Shown here in pieces: positions 24,584 to 36,999 of a stretch of 64,000 bases of DNA (the first letter of the stretch is position 1; each line of letters opens with the position of its first letter). Source of the stretch: Felis catus (taxonomy: Eukaryota); assembly GCF_018350175.1 (NCBI RefSeq), contig NC_058368.1, positions 143,532,001-143,596,000 on the forward strand, written 5' to 3'. Made by a program: the position numbers and the translations under genes. Below the pieces are notes generated by a model. That model had not been told where the DNA came from and did not search any database. It saw only the letters and a program-made list of their open reading frames with translations.

Positions 24584-25650
24584 AAAAGTAATTTTAAAAA
24601 AATTCACCTTTTCCTACATCTACTTCCCACCTGTACCTTAGCAACATATTCTCTTCTGACTTACGTACTGAATAAGTTTTGAGATGAACTTAGGGCAGGA
24701 AGTCTTCATCTGGCTGCCATGGAGGTAGATAGGTTCCCAAGAATCTTCTTCGGTAGGGCAGGTGGCCTTGTCTTGGTCCCACCAGGTTTGACAGCTACAT
24801 TATCTAGGGCCTGCTAAGCTGCCTTAGGGAAGCCTGCACCAGAGGAGGTGGGGGTTGGGTCCCCTATTTGTTTGTAGACCCAGAAATCCTGAAAGCCCCT
24901 CAGGAGGCTCTTCTTCTCATCTGTACATGTAGATGTTGACTTCTGGAGCCTTCCAGGTTCCCAGGACTGAGGCCACCAAACTAGGGGGAGGAGGGTGCTT
25001 TGGACTTGGGTAAGTGCTTCTTTCTAAGCTACTGTGAAACGGGCCAAGGAGAAAACAAGAGATAATGAACTCTTACATTGAATATGTTCCTCCTTTTGTG
25101 GAGGATGTTGCTTTCCCTACAGGAGCCTCCCTTTAACTTTTCTCTTCTCTCCGGCTGAGTTCCTCTGCAATTTATGGTAGAACTTCTTCCTACCACGTGT
25201 TTCTCCTGGAGTCTACTTCAATGTCAGTAGTCTGTTTTCATGGATTCAACAATTCACTAATATTCAGATCTGGATTCACGGTATCTTCATACGACTATTA
25301 AGGAGAGAAAACCCTCTGCCAAAAGGGACAGTGCACATAGTTTCTTTCTCTTTTTGAAACATATTCAGCTATGACTGGAAGTGGAGAGACAAGAAAAGAA
25401 ACGAATGTGGCCACCCAGACTAAACCATAAAAGTATAGAAAGAAGGTTCCCCCCACCATCCTTGTAAGGTGCCACATCAAGACAAAAGCGCCTTTCAATG
25501 AAGATAGCTCAAAGTGGCTTGCTGATAACAAGTACAATCATGACATTGATGACAAAGATGAGGAGGAGGAAGATGCTAATTGTAATGATGTGATCTGAGC
25601 GTTTGAACAAGTGCCAAGAATGAGTTCATTTGATTCCTGAAACCTTCATA

Positions 25651-25842
25651 CTGGGAGTGTCCAGTAGTTTCATAGCAATTGGCATCATGGATCGATCAGT
25701 AGCAGCCATTTCAACTGAGTGGAGAAGGATTCTGAGGTTACATCCAGGGTCATCTGCAGACGATGTGATGACCAATTAGCGACATCAGATGTAACCAAGA
25801 AAGACAGTGGGGAGCAAGAATTTCATATACTCACCATCCACG
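25651..25842. mobile_element. MER103C-like hAT-Charlie relic
   Basis: gatcgatcagtagcagcc...ggagaaggattctgaggttacatccaggg...gaccaattagcgacatc. Confidence 0.65.
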
Positions 25843-26502
25843 CCGTGTAAACCATGGTTTGTTTGCATCTCTTCTCATTCCACGGTTGAGTCATCTTAGC
25901 TGTTTTGTTTTGCATTGGGGTATTTTTGAATGTGCCATAGTTTGTTGGTCAGCCACTATGTGCTAGGCACTCTACTACATCTTATCTCGAAGACTTGAGG
26001 AGGGCTAGGAAAGTGGCCTTTTCTTACAGTAACCTTGTGTCCAGGGCCCACCCTTCTCTTTGCTTTCTGTGGGGGCACAGTCCGTTTTTCAGTGACAGGC
26101 CTGATGTCATGATGATTTCAAGTGATTTGGCCCAAAGACAACACCTACTCCCTGAACAATATCCATGAAAACTTAACACAGTAACTCGAGTGAGTCACAT
26201 TTTCCCTGTGGATGTGATTTGCAGATGTCGGGATGGAACTTAACCAGGGCTGCCTTCTGAAATGGAACTTCCAGAGAGCAGCAGACTGCAGAGCTGCCTT
26301 CCCAGAAAAAGAAAAGCCTCCTCTAGACAATTAAGAGCTCTGATCACACAAATGAAGGCAAGGTTTCCAAAGAAATCGAAATAAGAGTTGAGAGAAAACG
26401 AGCGTGGAAAATTTCTTTACAGAAAGATTCAAACTCACTGTAGAGCCATGTAAAGGAATCGGTTTTTTTTTTTTTTTAATCAAAATATGTTCACAAATAC
26501 TG

Positions 26503-26697
26503 GCTTATTTGATTCTCATAATAACCATGGATGTGGACTGTGGATGTGGGCCACGAAAACATTATCCTCCATTTTGTGGTTGGGAGAAGCCAAAGAGAAT
26601 GTAGTGGTTTGCATCTCAGGGCACATGACTAGCAAATGATGGAAGCAGGACACCGGTCTTCTGGTTACTCCTAGACAGTGTTCTTTCTGCCTCACCC
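26503..26697 (-). mobile_element. MIR SINE
   Basis: atttgattctcataataacc...attatcctccattttg...cagtgttctttctgcctcacc. Confidence 0.7.
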
Positions 26698-26800
26698 TGC
26701 CTTTACAAACTGGAGGTAGGTCACCTAAGTAGTAATCTATTTTCTTTCAGAGAGAAATGTATCTTTTAAAAAAATAAGGATTAAAAAATAGTCTTAAATA

Positions 26801-26928
26801 GGAGCGCCTGGGTGGCTCAGTCAGGTAAGCATCCAACTCTTGCTCTCAGCTCAGGTCTTGATTGCATGGTCCGGAGTTCAAGCCCTACATTGGGCCCCAT
26901 GCTGGGCGTGAAGCCTACTTAAAAAAAA
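26801..26928 (+). mobile_element. Short (CT-less) CanSINE variant
   Basis: Head then ctgggcgtgaagcctacttaaaaaa; TSD agtct(t/c)aaata at 26790-26800 and 26929-26939. Confidence 0.9.
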
Positions 26929-29900
26929 AGTCTCAAATAAACATAAAAACGGTATTTTAGTTATATTTTATAATACATTCAAAGATTTTCTTAAGATAGA
27001 AAAACTGAGGGGCAGAGGCAAGTAGGGACAAAAGGAAGTGGAAAAAGACACAGTGGAGTGCTAGATACACCCATGACTTACATGGAGTAACAGCCCCATA
27101 GTGTCACTTTTTACAACACAAAAGGGCGGTTATCTTTTCACAATGATAAGCAGAAATGTGGGCAAAACTTCTCCTGGGAGCTGGTGATGTTGAGGATAAA
27201 ATTTGGGGTAGGAATGAGAGTTCCCTTAGCTGTGGCTGAAAATGAGGGAGATCATTTCCTTTGATGTTGTAATGTTTAACTTTGAGAACTAATCTACTGC
27301 TCTGGATTCAGCTCCTTCTTTATAATAATGGGCAATGACGACTGATGAGCACATAGAATACGAAGAGTAAGAGAAAGCATGGCAAGAGAAAACCAGAGTG
27401 GTGGCTTTTTAACACATTAGGATCATCCAGGAAGCTGTAAACCTGTCCAGCCCAGCCCTGACCCCAAACCTCTCAAGCCGCCATGGCTGGGACCCTGGCA
27501 GCAGATCAGGACTTAAGAGTCTACAGGTGTGGCCAATGTGTGGCCAGTTTGAGAACACTGGTCCAAAAGATCTGTCCCAAAAGGCTGATATAGGAAAGGA
27601 AAATACACCAAAATAACTGAAATGAGATTGGGGGAGGGCCACGCAAAGTCTTCTCCTGGAAGAGAGACTGAGAACAAAAGATAGAGATGATTCAGGAGGT
27701 GAGAACGCAGGAGGGTGGCAGCTGAAGATGCCGTCTCTCTGATTCAACTTCCAAGAGCAAAGACAGAGGGGAGAACCCGGGAATTTTGCTGGAAAGTTGA
27801 GTGTAAGAACATCTTCCCCCTTTGCCTTAATTAACCTTTATTCCAATGCAGCACTTTGAGGGCTGGGAGAAGGGTGCTAAATCCTCCGATTCATTTGGTG
27901 CTGGGCCTCACACAGCAGCAGTGTAGGAGGAATTCTCACCGGAGGGAACACTTGCTCTTATGTAGGACTCCTAAGGTTTCCCTCCTCCAAAGAAGCCAAC
28001 GGTTCTGACAATGGACACACCAGCCATAGAAGAACAGCCGCCTCACCAGTGGAGGTGACCAGCCAGGCCAGCAGGAAGCTGGTGATGGTGAGTGGGTGAG
28101 GGACTCTGAGATAATGTGTGATGAGAATGAGAAAGGAAAAGAAAATGTCAGCTTTCAAATTCCTTCTGAGATGGAGTCAGGATGAGGGGTTTCTCCTTTT
28201 ATAAATATCTGAATGAAGGGATGAAACTTCCTTTTAGATCGATATTCATACCAATATCACTTGTTATGGCTACACCATCCCAGGAATCCTTAGTGTCATG
28301 ACCTCCCTCCCCACCCACTCCCAGTGGGTGTAGAAGCTCCCTGAGGGGCTATTTCTTATGCAGCTTTGCAGCCTTTAAGGTATACAGTTTAGCACCTCCC
28401 CAACAGGTAGTAGAATCTAAGTGAAAGTTGATGGAGAAACCAATGTGTATGGGAAATACCATGGGCGAAATTAAATGGGTCCCCCTGAAATGCAGGTGCC
28501 ATGTCCTGTTGCTAAGGGGCAAGTGGGGATGCCCTTTGGGGAACCCAGGTCCAAGGGATTTCTACTCTCCAACCTCATTCAGAATGGGGGCAGGGAAGAG
28601 GAGAATGGACTAGAGATATCCTGGAGGTGACATTTTAGATCATGACACTTGGAGACTCTCTGACAGGAATGTGGAGGGCAAGGCAGTAAAATGATCTTTT
28701 CATCCCTCAGGTCATGGCCAACACTTTGGGGAAGCAATTGAGGGACCACAGCACCAGGTGTCACTGCTTCCCAGAAAAGTCAGTTTGTGATCAAGTGGAT
28801 TTTATGATGCTGAAGTCCTTTCTGGAAGGCCAGAGACACTTTGAAATTGGGTGTCCAAGTGGGCTTGAGAACTGGATTTTTCTATTGGTGAGAAAGCTCT
28901 TGTTTCCTCCAAAGCAGTAGGCCCTGAGTAAGCTCTTGGAACCCCCCTGAAGCCTTGGAAAACTTGCCATCTTCTGAACAAAAGCATCTCGTACATACCC
29001 TTAGGAAATAGTTACATGGAAGTTTATGCTCAGTCTCACTTTGTTTTGCCTGCAGCATATAAAAAGTTTGCAGTGTGCATCTCCCGTGCTCTGATGTTGT
29101 GGATTAATCACATTCTGAGGTAGAGCCTAGAGCCTGGCCCTGCCTGAACTTTCAGTGAGAAGATGCAGCTATATTGGTCAGGACAATTATGGAGATAGGT
29201 CAGGGCATTAGAGGCTTTGGCTGCAGGCACTGGTGATTAGGTTAGAGCCCGCTGGACAAATGGATTAGTGTTGGCTGATTGGGCTCCCTTGGACAAAGGG
29301 AAAGAAAAGACTACTTTAATCAAGACTAAGCCACATCTCCCAGGCAGTCAGCCATCGTCAGTGCCTAAGAATGTTCCAGTATGCTAAGGCCTGGCTGGTG
29401 TCTGTTAGATGGGACTCTGCACCTGCACCAGTTGGGAATACAGTCAAAAGATGGAAGCCTGGGAGGAAAAAATCTAGGTCAACTTCTGTTGATTCCCTAA
29501 CATTCTAGTTTCATGACTTAAAATGTACTTCTCATTGGTCCAAATAACTACTGGACCCCAAGTTTATGAATATAAGCACTTTCAAGCAAGCTAAGTGGCT
29601 CCCAAGGAATATATAGTTAGTCCAAGACTTGGACTATATTTGCATTGACCTTGGCTTCTTACTTCTTTATCAGCTCCTAGGTCTATCTGATTGGGTCTTG
29701 CCATTTGTCAATTCTGAGTAATAAAGCTTCTAGATGAGCTCCTGGGCTGCAGTGTGTTGATTTCCTGCCATGGTTTCCTTCTCCTTGTGTCTTCTGGAAA
29801 AGAAGACCTGGTCTGAGTTCCCTGGGTGTTTCTTTGCTGGAAACATTTGGAACCTCTGAGAATCAGTCAATATTTATTCCTTCTGGCTGGGGAAATCAGG

Positions 29901-29946
29901 GAGGGTGAACTGATCTCTGTATTTAAGAAGAGGTAGCATTTAGGCC

Positions 29947-30140
29947 AAATTTCTCAAGTCTGAGTGCACCTGAGACTTGCATGGGTGGGGGTGAAGGGGA
30001 TTGGCAGGGTTAAAAATTTTTAATACCTGGGCTCAACCTAGATATTTCTCATTCAGTTGTTTGGTATGAGGCTCAGGCCTCAACAGTGTTCCTAAAGTTC
30101 CTTGGGTGATATTAATGTGTGGCCAGAGTTGAGACTCCGA
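29947..30140. mobile_element. MER5B-like relic
   Basis: tttctcattcagttgtttgg...gggtgatattaatgtgtggccagagttgagac. Confidence 0.6.
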
Positions 30141-30194
30141 TTTCAGGTTCTCAGCTGAAAGGAAATTTGTAGGTGGGTGTAGGTATCCCATCTC

Positions 30195-30320
30195 TCTGAT
30201 TAGATTATAAGCCCCTAGAGAGTGAGGACAGTGTCCTTTGTTTTAGCATCTTCTCCTTCAGCGTTTAATAGTGTGCAATATGCACGGGGTTCTCAGTAGG
30301 TATTTAAATATGAATTCTTG
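30195..30320 (+). mobile_element. L2 3' terminus
   Basis: tagattataagcccctagagagtgaggacagtgtc... Confidence 0.6.
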
Positions 30321-30702
30321 GGTGCATGGACAAAACATTCCCGGAGAAACCTCATCCTGTTGAGGCAGTGGCTACTATTTTAAACACACTGCAATCCGGA
30401 GGCCCTTTTAGGGAAGTCTGGGCCAGCTGGACCTGTCACGGTTACACTCAGCACCAACCTAGCTGCTTAAGAAATGTCTAGACGGAGAAATCCTCCAGAC
30501 AATGAAAAGTAGAAGGTGTCTAGGGTATTCTTTCCGCCTCGCCTTGTCTTGCTTTGCTTGCTTTCTACAGGGAGGTGGGAAGGGGGAGATGGTCAAGTAT
30601 CTGATAAGGCATCTCTGTTTCCCTTATCTTAAACATACAGTTTCTGTAACTTGCTGGAACCCATTATTTCATTATCAAGTTTTCCTTGGAAACCTTAGAC
30701 GA

Positions 30703-30845
30703 GGGGCCCCTGGATGGCTCAGTGGGTTATTCATCTGACTCTTAACCACAGCTCAGGTCATAATCTCAGGGTCATGAGTTCAGGCCTGCATCAGGCTCCA
30801 CACTGGGCATGAAGCCCACTTAAAAAAAAAAAAAAAGAAAGAAAC
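30703..30845 (+). mobile_element. Short (CT-less) CanSINE variant
   Basis: ggggcccctggatggctcag head; ctgggcatgaagcccacttaaaaa; flanks ggaaaccttagac and ggaaaaattagac. Confidence 0.88.
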
Positions 30846-31485
30846 AAGGGAAAAATTAGACAATAGAGTCGCTTGTCTAAGTACATCTGGAAGGAGCCTC
30901 TGCGGTTATCCCTTGATACACTATTATGATTCAAGTGCCTGTAGGTCTGAGCACTTCATTCTCATAAAGAAGGAAACTGAGAAAAGCATGACAAAACAGA
31001 GAGGGAAGCAAGAAGAGAAAGCCAAGAGAGGGTGAGAATGGAGTTTAGAATGAGCCCCGGCATAACAGCCACCTTTGCTACATAACACAATGGTCTATGG
31101 ATTCTGTTTCAAAAATCGACCTAAAAGCACAGAAGAGCATTTTGAATTTTCAAAAGTAGCATACACAACAAGGAGGGATTGCAGATCAATAAGAGACTAG
31201 ATGGAACCTCACAATTAAATGCTTTCTATACCGTGAAGAGCAGATTTCTTCCGTTCCCTTTGTTCCTTTCTCTCTCTCCTCTCCTTCCCATAAACACTCA
31301 TTGAGCTAAGAATAAAAGCTCTCAGTCTTCACATTCCCTCAAAGAGGTCATGATTTCCTAGGGCAGATAGGGCATGCAACAGCTCTGACAAACGGTGGAA
31401 CATGAGACATGCCCAAGCGAAGGAACGTGGGAAAGGAGGGGCTATGCTCCCACAAAGCTGTTCCCATTAGAAAATGAGCCCCAAA

Positions 31486-32896
31486 GGCAGCCCAGCTTGG
31501 TGAACTCAGCCAAGAGAGAGTGGGCCTGGCCCAGCCCAGCTCTTAGAACGCAGGCATGACGCCCAAGAGGAAGGTCAGCGAGGTTGTCATCTAAACCTCC
31601 TCCTGTAAAAGTGGAAACAAAGCTAAAAAAGGCGGCAGGTGGGGTGCCTGGGTGGCTTGGTCCATTAAGCATCCGACTTCAGCCCAGGGCATTATCTCGT
31701 GGTTCACAATTTCAAGCCCTACATTGGGCTCTGTGCTGACAGCGCAGAGCCTGGAACCTGCTTCGGATTCTGTGTCTCCCTCTCTCTCTGCCCCTCCCCC
31801 GCTCGCTCTCTGTTTCAAAAATAAACATTAAAAAATTCTTTTTAAAAAGGCAGCAGGAAAGTATAAATCTTCAGACAAAAAAGTGCAAACAGGGAAAAGG
31901 GGAGCGAAGGGAAAACGGGCTGAAGTGGCTAACCAAAAACCAGACGACTTTCTCCTGCAGAAAACGGAGAACGTAAAAATGAGGAAAGTCCAGCCTCTGA
32001 CGAAGCAGGAGAGAAAAAGCCAAGTCTGATTAATACCATGTCTTTTCAGTGTCCCTGTCTCCATTCTTGTACAATCTGGAGGACTGTTTTTATCAACTAT
32101 TTTATAAACACAAGTTTTTTTGGTAGCTCTTGAAACATTTTTTAAAAAGAGAGAATCCCACCTTGTTTCATTTTTTAAGTGTAAATGCTTTTTTTTAAAG
32201 AAACGAAATCATTTGCAGGTTGTTTATTTTCAGGTACAACCAGAAAATAGTGGGATATTGAATTTTGGAGGTTTTGATTGTCTTGGGTGTCAGCTTAACA
32301 TTCCATAGATGGGGCAGTTTTCGTAACCTATAATACCAAGCCAACTAAATGACAATTTGGAGTCAGTCTTGCATTTCATATGTCTTGAACATTTTAAATT
32401 ACCTCTATTCCCATGTTGCTTTTGGTAGAATTGTTTCCTAAATAAAACCACTCCTTGATCTTCACTCTCTTGTCAGAATTTTGTGTGCTCTGTGTAACAC
32501 CTTGGTCGTGGTAATCCAGTTTTCCTGGTAACTTTGTTAATGTGCTGTGCAAGATCGAAAATTTGACTATGTACTGTATATGATATTAAATTGTAAATTA
32601 GTGGGGCTTACCAATGTAACATGTGTACATATGTACGTATGTACATTGTGGCTTACCAATGTAACATGTGTAAGCGTATCTTCCACAACATTTGAAGATA
32701 TTGGTACTTGATATAAGGTTAAGGAAAATTTGCCTCCAAATTTTAAGATGGAAGGTCACTGGAATAACTTTTCAAAAAGAATCACAACTACATGATTTTT
32801 TAGATTTTTGGTATGTACGTTAAGAATTCTGTACAAATTGAAATCTCTGTATGATCCTCAGAACAACCAATAAAAACTCAATTATTAAAGAAAAAG
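31486..32896 (+). pseudogene. HMGN1: Processed (retro)pseudogene of HMGN1 (HMG-14) with 5'UTR, disabled CDS at 31559-32033, full 3'UTR and poly-A remnant
   Basis: Intronless translation pieces PKRKVS / SARLSSKPPPVKVETKLKKAA [SINE] KKAAGKYKSSDKKVQTGKRGAKGKRAEVANQ / PAENGERKNEESPASDEAGEK / AKSD* match HMGN1. Start codon reads ACG and there are frameshifts. AATAAA at 32869-32874 precedes an A-rich tail; TSD aatga(g/a)ccccaaa at 31473-31485 and 32897-32909. Confidence 0.93.
31641..31843 (+). mobile_element. CanSINE inserted in the HMGN1 retrocopy CDS
   Basis: 14-bp TSD aaaaaggc(g/a)gcagg at 31626-31639 and 31844-31857 duplicates the KKAAG codons. Confidence 0.96.
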
Positions 32897-33074
32897 AATG
32901 AACCCCAAAATGAACTCTGGTTCTCAAAGTCTAAAAGGCCATCTAAGGCCATCTCATCCAGGGTGCCTTGTGGGATCCTTAACCAATCCATGGTTGTAGA
33001 ACCTTACTTAAATATTTGCTGTCTTCCATTGCCAGACACTTCTAGCATCCTTAAGACAAGCAACCAAGTCAGTC

Positions 33075-33395
33075 ATTATCATTCACGACTCTCATAGTTA
33101 TGATAGAAAATTGCTTCCTGGTGGAAGCAAAAAAGATAAGTTACTAGCTCATATAACAGTAATGTCCGAGATGTAGGTCTGGCTTCAGACAAGCCTAGGT
33201 GTAGGGCTCCATAGGGAGTCTTCTGCTCTCTCTCCCTCAGCTCTGCTTTCCTCAGATTCAGCCTCATTCCCTGGCAGGCAAGAGGGTCACCAGCACCTCA
33301 AAGTTCCTATAAACTTAGCAACCCACAAAGAAGAGAGCACCTCTTTACTACCAGTCTTGGAAAACTCTCATTAGCCTAGTTGGAGTAAGGGCCGA
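33075..33395 (-). mobile_element. MLT1J-like MaLR LTR fragment
   Basis: tagctcatataacag...tggcttcagacaagcctag...cagctctgctttcctc...agcaacccacaaagaagagagcacctct. Confidence 0.6.
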
Positions 33396-33607
33396 TCCTT
33401 AAAGAAGGCATGATTAAAGATAACTCCAAGGTTTCAGACTAGGGAAAACTGGGAAATATTAATACCTTGACCAAAATTAGTGTAATCAGAAAGAACACTA
33501 GATTTGGAGAAAGAGAAATTGGAAAGGAAGAATTTGTTTTGGGATAAGTCAAAGATATTCGTGGGATTCTAATGAAGAACGGCAGGTGGTTAGAAAAATG
33601 ACTGTGG

Positions 33608-34184
33608 TACCAAATGGGGGAAGATATTTGCAAATGATATAACCAATAAGGTGTTAATATCCAAAATATATAAAGAACTTATTCAACTCAACACCAAAAA
33701 ACCACATATCCCAATTAAAAAATGGGCAAAGGACTTGAGTAAACATTTTTCCAAAGGAGACATCCAGATAACCAACAGACACATGAAAAGATGCTCAATA
33801 TCACTCATCATCAGGGAACTATAATGAGATATCAAAGATATAATGAAATATCACCTCACACCTGTCAGAATGGCTAAAACCAAAAACACAAGAAACAAGT
33901 GTTGACGGGGATGTAGAGAAAAAGGAACACTTGTGCACTCTTGGTGGGAATGCAAACTGGGGCAACCATTGCAGAAAACAGTATGGAGTTTGGGTCAAAA
34001 AATTAAAGTTAGAATTACCATATGATCCAGTAATTCCACTACTGGGTATTTACACAAAGAAAATGAAAACACTAATTTGAAAAGACATATGCATCACTAT
34101 GTTTATAGCAGTATTATTTATAATAGCCAAGATATGGAAGCAACCCAAGTGTCCATCAATAGATGAATACATAAAGAAGATGTG

Positions 34185-34268
<84 letters not shown>

Positions 34269-34653
34269 GAATATTACTCAGCCATAAAAAAGAATGAGAT
34301 CTTGACATTTGCAACACTATGGATGTATCTAAAGGGTATAATGCTAAGTGAAATAAGTCAGTTAGAGAAGACAATAACATATCACTCATATGTGGAATTT
34401 AAGAAACAAAATTAACAAAGAAAAGAGACAAAAAAACCAGAATCTTAAATAAAGAGAAATGATAGTTACCAGAGGGGAGGGAGAAGGGAGGGGGTTGGGT
34501 GAGACAGGTGATGGGGCTTAAGATTGCACTTATCATGATGAGTGCTGAGTAATGTATAGAATTGTTGAGTCATTGTAGACCTATGTTGCAATGCAACACT
34601 ATGTTGATTATATATGAATTTAAAAGAAATAAAAATTTTAAAGTTAAAAAAAA
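33608..34653 (+). mobile_element. 5'-truncated carnivore L1 (ORF2 3' end, 3'UTR, A-tail)
   Basis: gaagatatttgcaaat...acatgaaaagatgctcaa...ggaatattactcagccataaaaaagaatga; ORF track peptide EYYSAIKKNEILTFATLWMYLKGIMLSEISQ is the L1 ORF2 C-terminus. Confidence 0.95.
34186..34265. repeat. (TG)n(TA)n compound microsatellite inside the L1
   Basis: Direct reading. Confidence 0.95.
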
Positions 34654-34952
34654 GGAAAAGGAAGAGGGGGAGTTTTGTGGAGAAGCTGGAATTGGAGGTG
34701 AGAATGTGGATCATTCTATAGAAATGAGAATGAGAGCTACAAAATTGATTGTATTCAGTAAAGAATAGTATGTAAAAGTGAGGGTTGGGGAGGCTCTGGA
34801 CAGGTGACTTGTGAGCTATAAAGCATTCAGTAAGTGGAAATTTCTATTATTAGAATCAGGATTACATGTATGAGAAAGGAAGAAAACAAGAGGCCAGAGA
34901 AGGAGAATGAGATTACAGGATGGGGCCTGAGATGCTGCAGATCATAATAACC

Positions 34953-35178
34953 ATAATTAGGATTCTTGGCTAGGAAAGTCAATTTCTCTAGGTAACTCAA
35001 TTCAAATTGGCTTAGTAAACAAAAAGGATTATTTTGACTCCTATAACAGGTAAGTGCAGGGTAGTCCAGACTTAGATGAATTCTGGGATTCAATGACTTT
35101 GGGACTTGTTCTTAGTCTTTTCACCTTATTCTGCTTCCCTATGTTAGCTCAGAAATCTTCTTCTTATGGTGACAAAAA

Positions 35179-35217
<39 letters not shown>

Positions 35218-35536
35218 CAAGCAAGCAAGCAAGCCAGGAGCTCTAGTCTCTCTTCTTGAGAGCAGTTCTTCAGACAGTTCCAGTAAAGGGCTCCAAATTC
35301 GTCTTACTGACTCTGGTTGGCATACCTGCCATTATATGCCCATTTCTAAGCTAATCTCTGGGGCAAAAGTTTGTTATTTTCTGATGTTTAGAATTAAATC
35401 AACTGGAGATGTGAATGGAGGCATCCAAACCACATGGGCTGAGAATAAAGGACGGGCGATTCCCTAGAGGAAAAGTGAGGTGCTGTTCCCAGAAGAAGGT
35501 GGAATAGATACAGCAAAAACAAGACTATCTACCACA
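34953..35536 (-). mobile_element. MLT1J-like MaLR LTR containing an (AAAG)n(AAGC)n repeat at about 35174-35233
   Basis: aactcaattcaaattggcttagtaaacaaaaagg...ccaaaccacatgggctgag...ggaaaagtgaggtgctgttcccagaagaagg...ctaccaca. Confidence 0.75.
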
Positions 35537-35809
35537 GAAACCAGGAGAAGAATGTCAAGACGGGTGATAGTCCCAGAGGTTGAAGAATATGGGAAGTGAA
35601 TGGACACAGTGCACCTTAGGCAAAGGCAGACGTTCTTTAGACAAGTGGCTGAGTCATTTACTTCTTTAAAAGATCAGAAACATGGGAGGAAAACAGATTT
35701 TAGTGGGTGAAGGAGTGAGTGGGAGTAGAAACACTGTAAAGGCAGGGATTTGGTATTTTAAAGAAGTCTCTGAAGGAAGCAGAGAGACCAGCTCTAACCC
35801 AATTTCCAC

Positions 35810-36330
35810 AATTATTGAGCCAGGCACTTTGCTAGGCACTAGGAGAGCTGAGATGAGTAATTACCAGTCTGTGTCCTCAAGAGGCTCAAAGTGTGGAAAG
35901 GAAGGGAGAATGGTCAACAAATAAAATATGCAAAGAAGGAATATGTAGTATCTCAAAGGTTGCAGAGTGAAAAGGTGCACCCCTGGGAGCCTGATATTAG
36001 ATCAGAGTTATCTCACAAGAGAGAATGATGAAATGTATCCAAGGGTTTGGAGGAAGTCTCTTCATGGAAGGTGGTGCCTGAACTGGGTTTTATGTGATGA
36101 ATGGGAGTTTGCTTTAGGAACCAAAATGGGGAAAGGGGTGCCAGGCAAAGGCAGAAGTTCCCTAAGAGGCTCATGGATGCATATTGTGGGAGTGAAAAGC
36201 ATTGAGTGGGGGGAGGCAGGTGGAGAAGGGCCCATGTGATATGTGGAGGGGGTGAGGGCTTTGTCCAGTGGTGTTGGGCAGGGGGCAGTGAAATGTCAGT
36301 CAGGGCAAGACACATCAGACTAACATGTTA
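35810..36330 (-). mobile_element. L2 3' region
   Basis: gagccaggcactttgctaggcactaggaga...cagtctgtgtcctcaagaggctca...ggaaggtggtgcctgaactggg. Confidence 0.7.
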
Positions 36331-36999
36331 GAAGAATCTCTTTGGATCCGTCTAGAGAGGAAGCCGCATGGAGATGGACAGGCGAGTTCAGAGGATGGGT
36401 TGTTGGTGGTGGGAAGGAGTGACAACGTACAGTAGACCTCTGTGCCCAATAGACACTGAAGAAGGGAGAGAGTGAAAGGACCATCAAGAGCAAGGGAAAC
36501 TCATGAAACTGAATAGTTATTGGATGGAGGAGCGAGAAAGAGCAAGCTTTGAAGGCAGGTGACAGAGATGAGGAAGGATGCCCCGGGGAGGGCGATGCCA
36601 GAGGTGCAGGGCGGGGGAATGGGGAATGGGAGGAGAGCAATACCCAGAGAGGCAGGGAAGGCGGTGCGGCTCCACACACGGTGGCGGCGCCACAGGCTGA
36701 ACGCTGAGTGGAGGGGAAAGTTAGAGAAAAGGGCTAAGAATCCGGCGTGTCATTGAGGACGGCAGGAGAACAGTTGGAGGGCTTTAATTTTGTCAGTTCA
36801 GAAAGCAGTAAGATCACCTGTTGGGAGTGAGTGGGCTTCCGACTTCCCTGTGGGAAACATGGGGATAGTAACAGAACCAATCAATCCCCGAGTCATGCCA
36901 ACTCCACCCCCACCTGGGCCCTCCTCTCCACTTCCGGCCGCTTGCCTCTTCTAGGTCGTTAACTACACCAGCGGTGCGTGGGGTGGGAGTGCTTTTCAG

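Larger units (their letters stand above)
33400..34785 (-). mobile_element. L2 fragment split by an L1 insertion
   Basis: attaaagataactccaaggtttc...gcaggtggttagaaaaatg resumes after the L1 as ggagaagctggaattggaggtgagaatgtgga. Confidence 0.55.
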
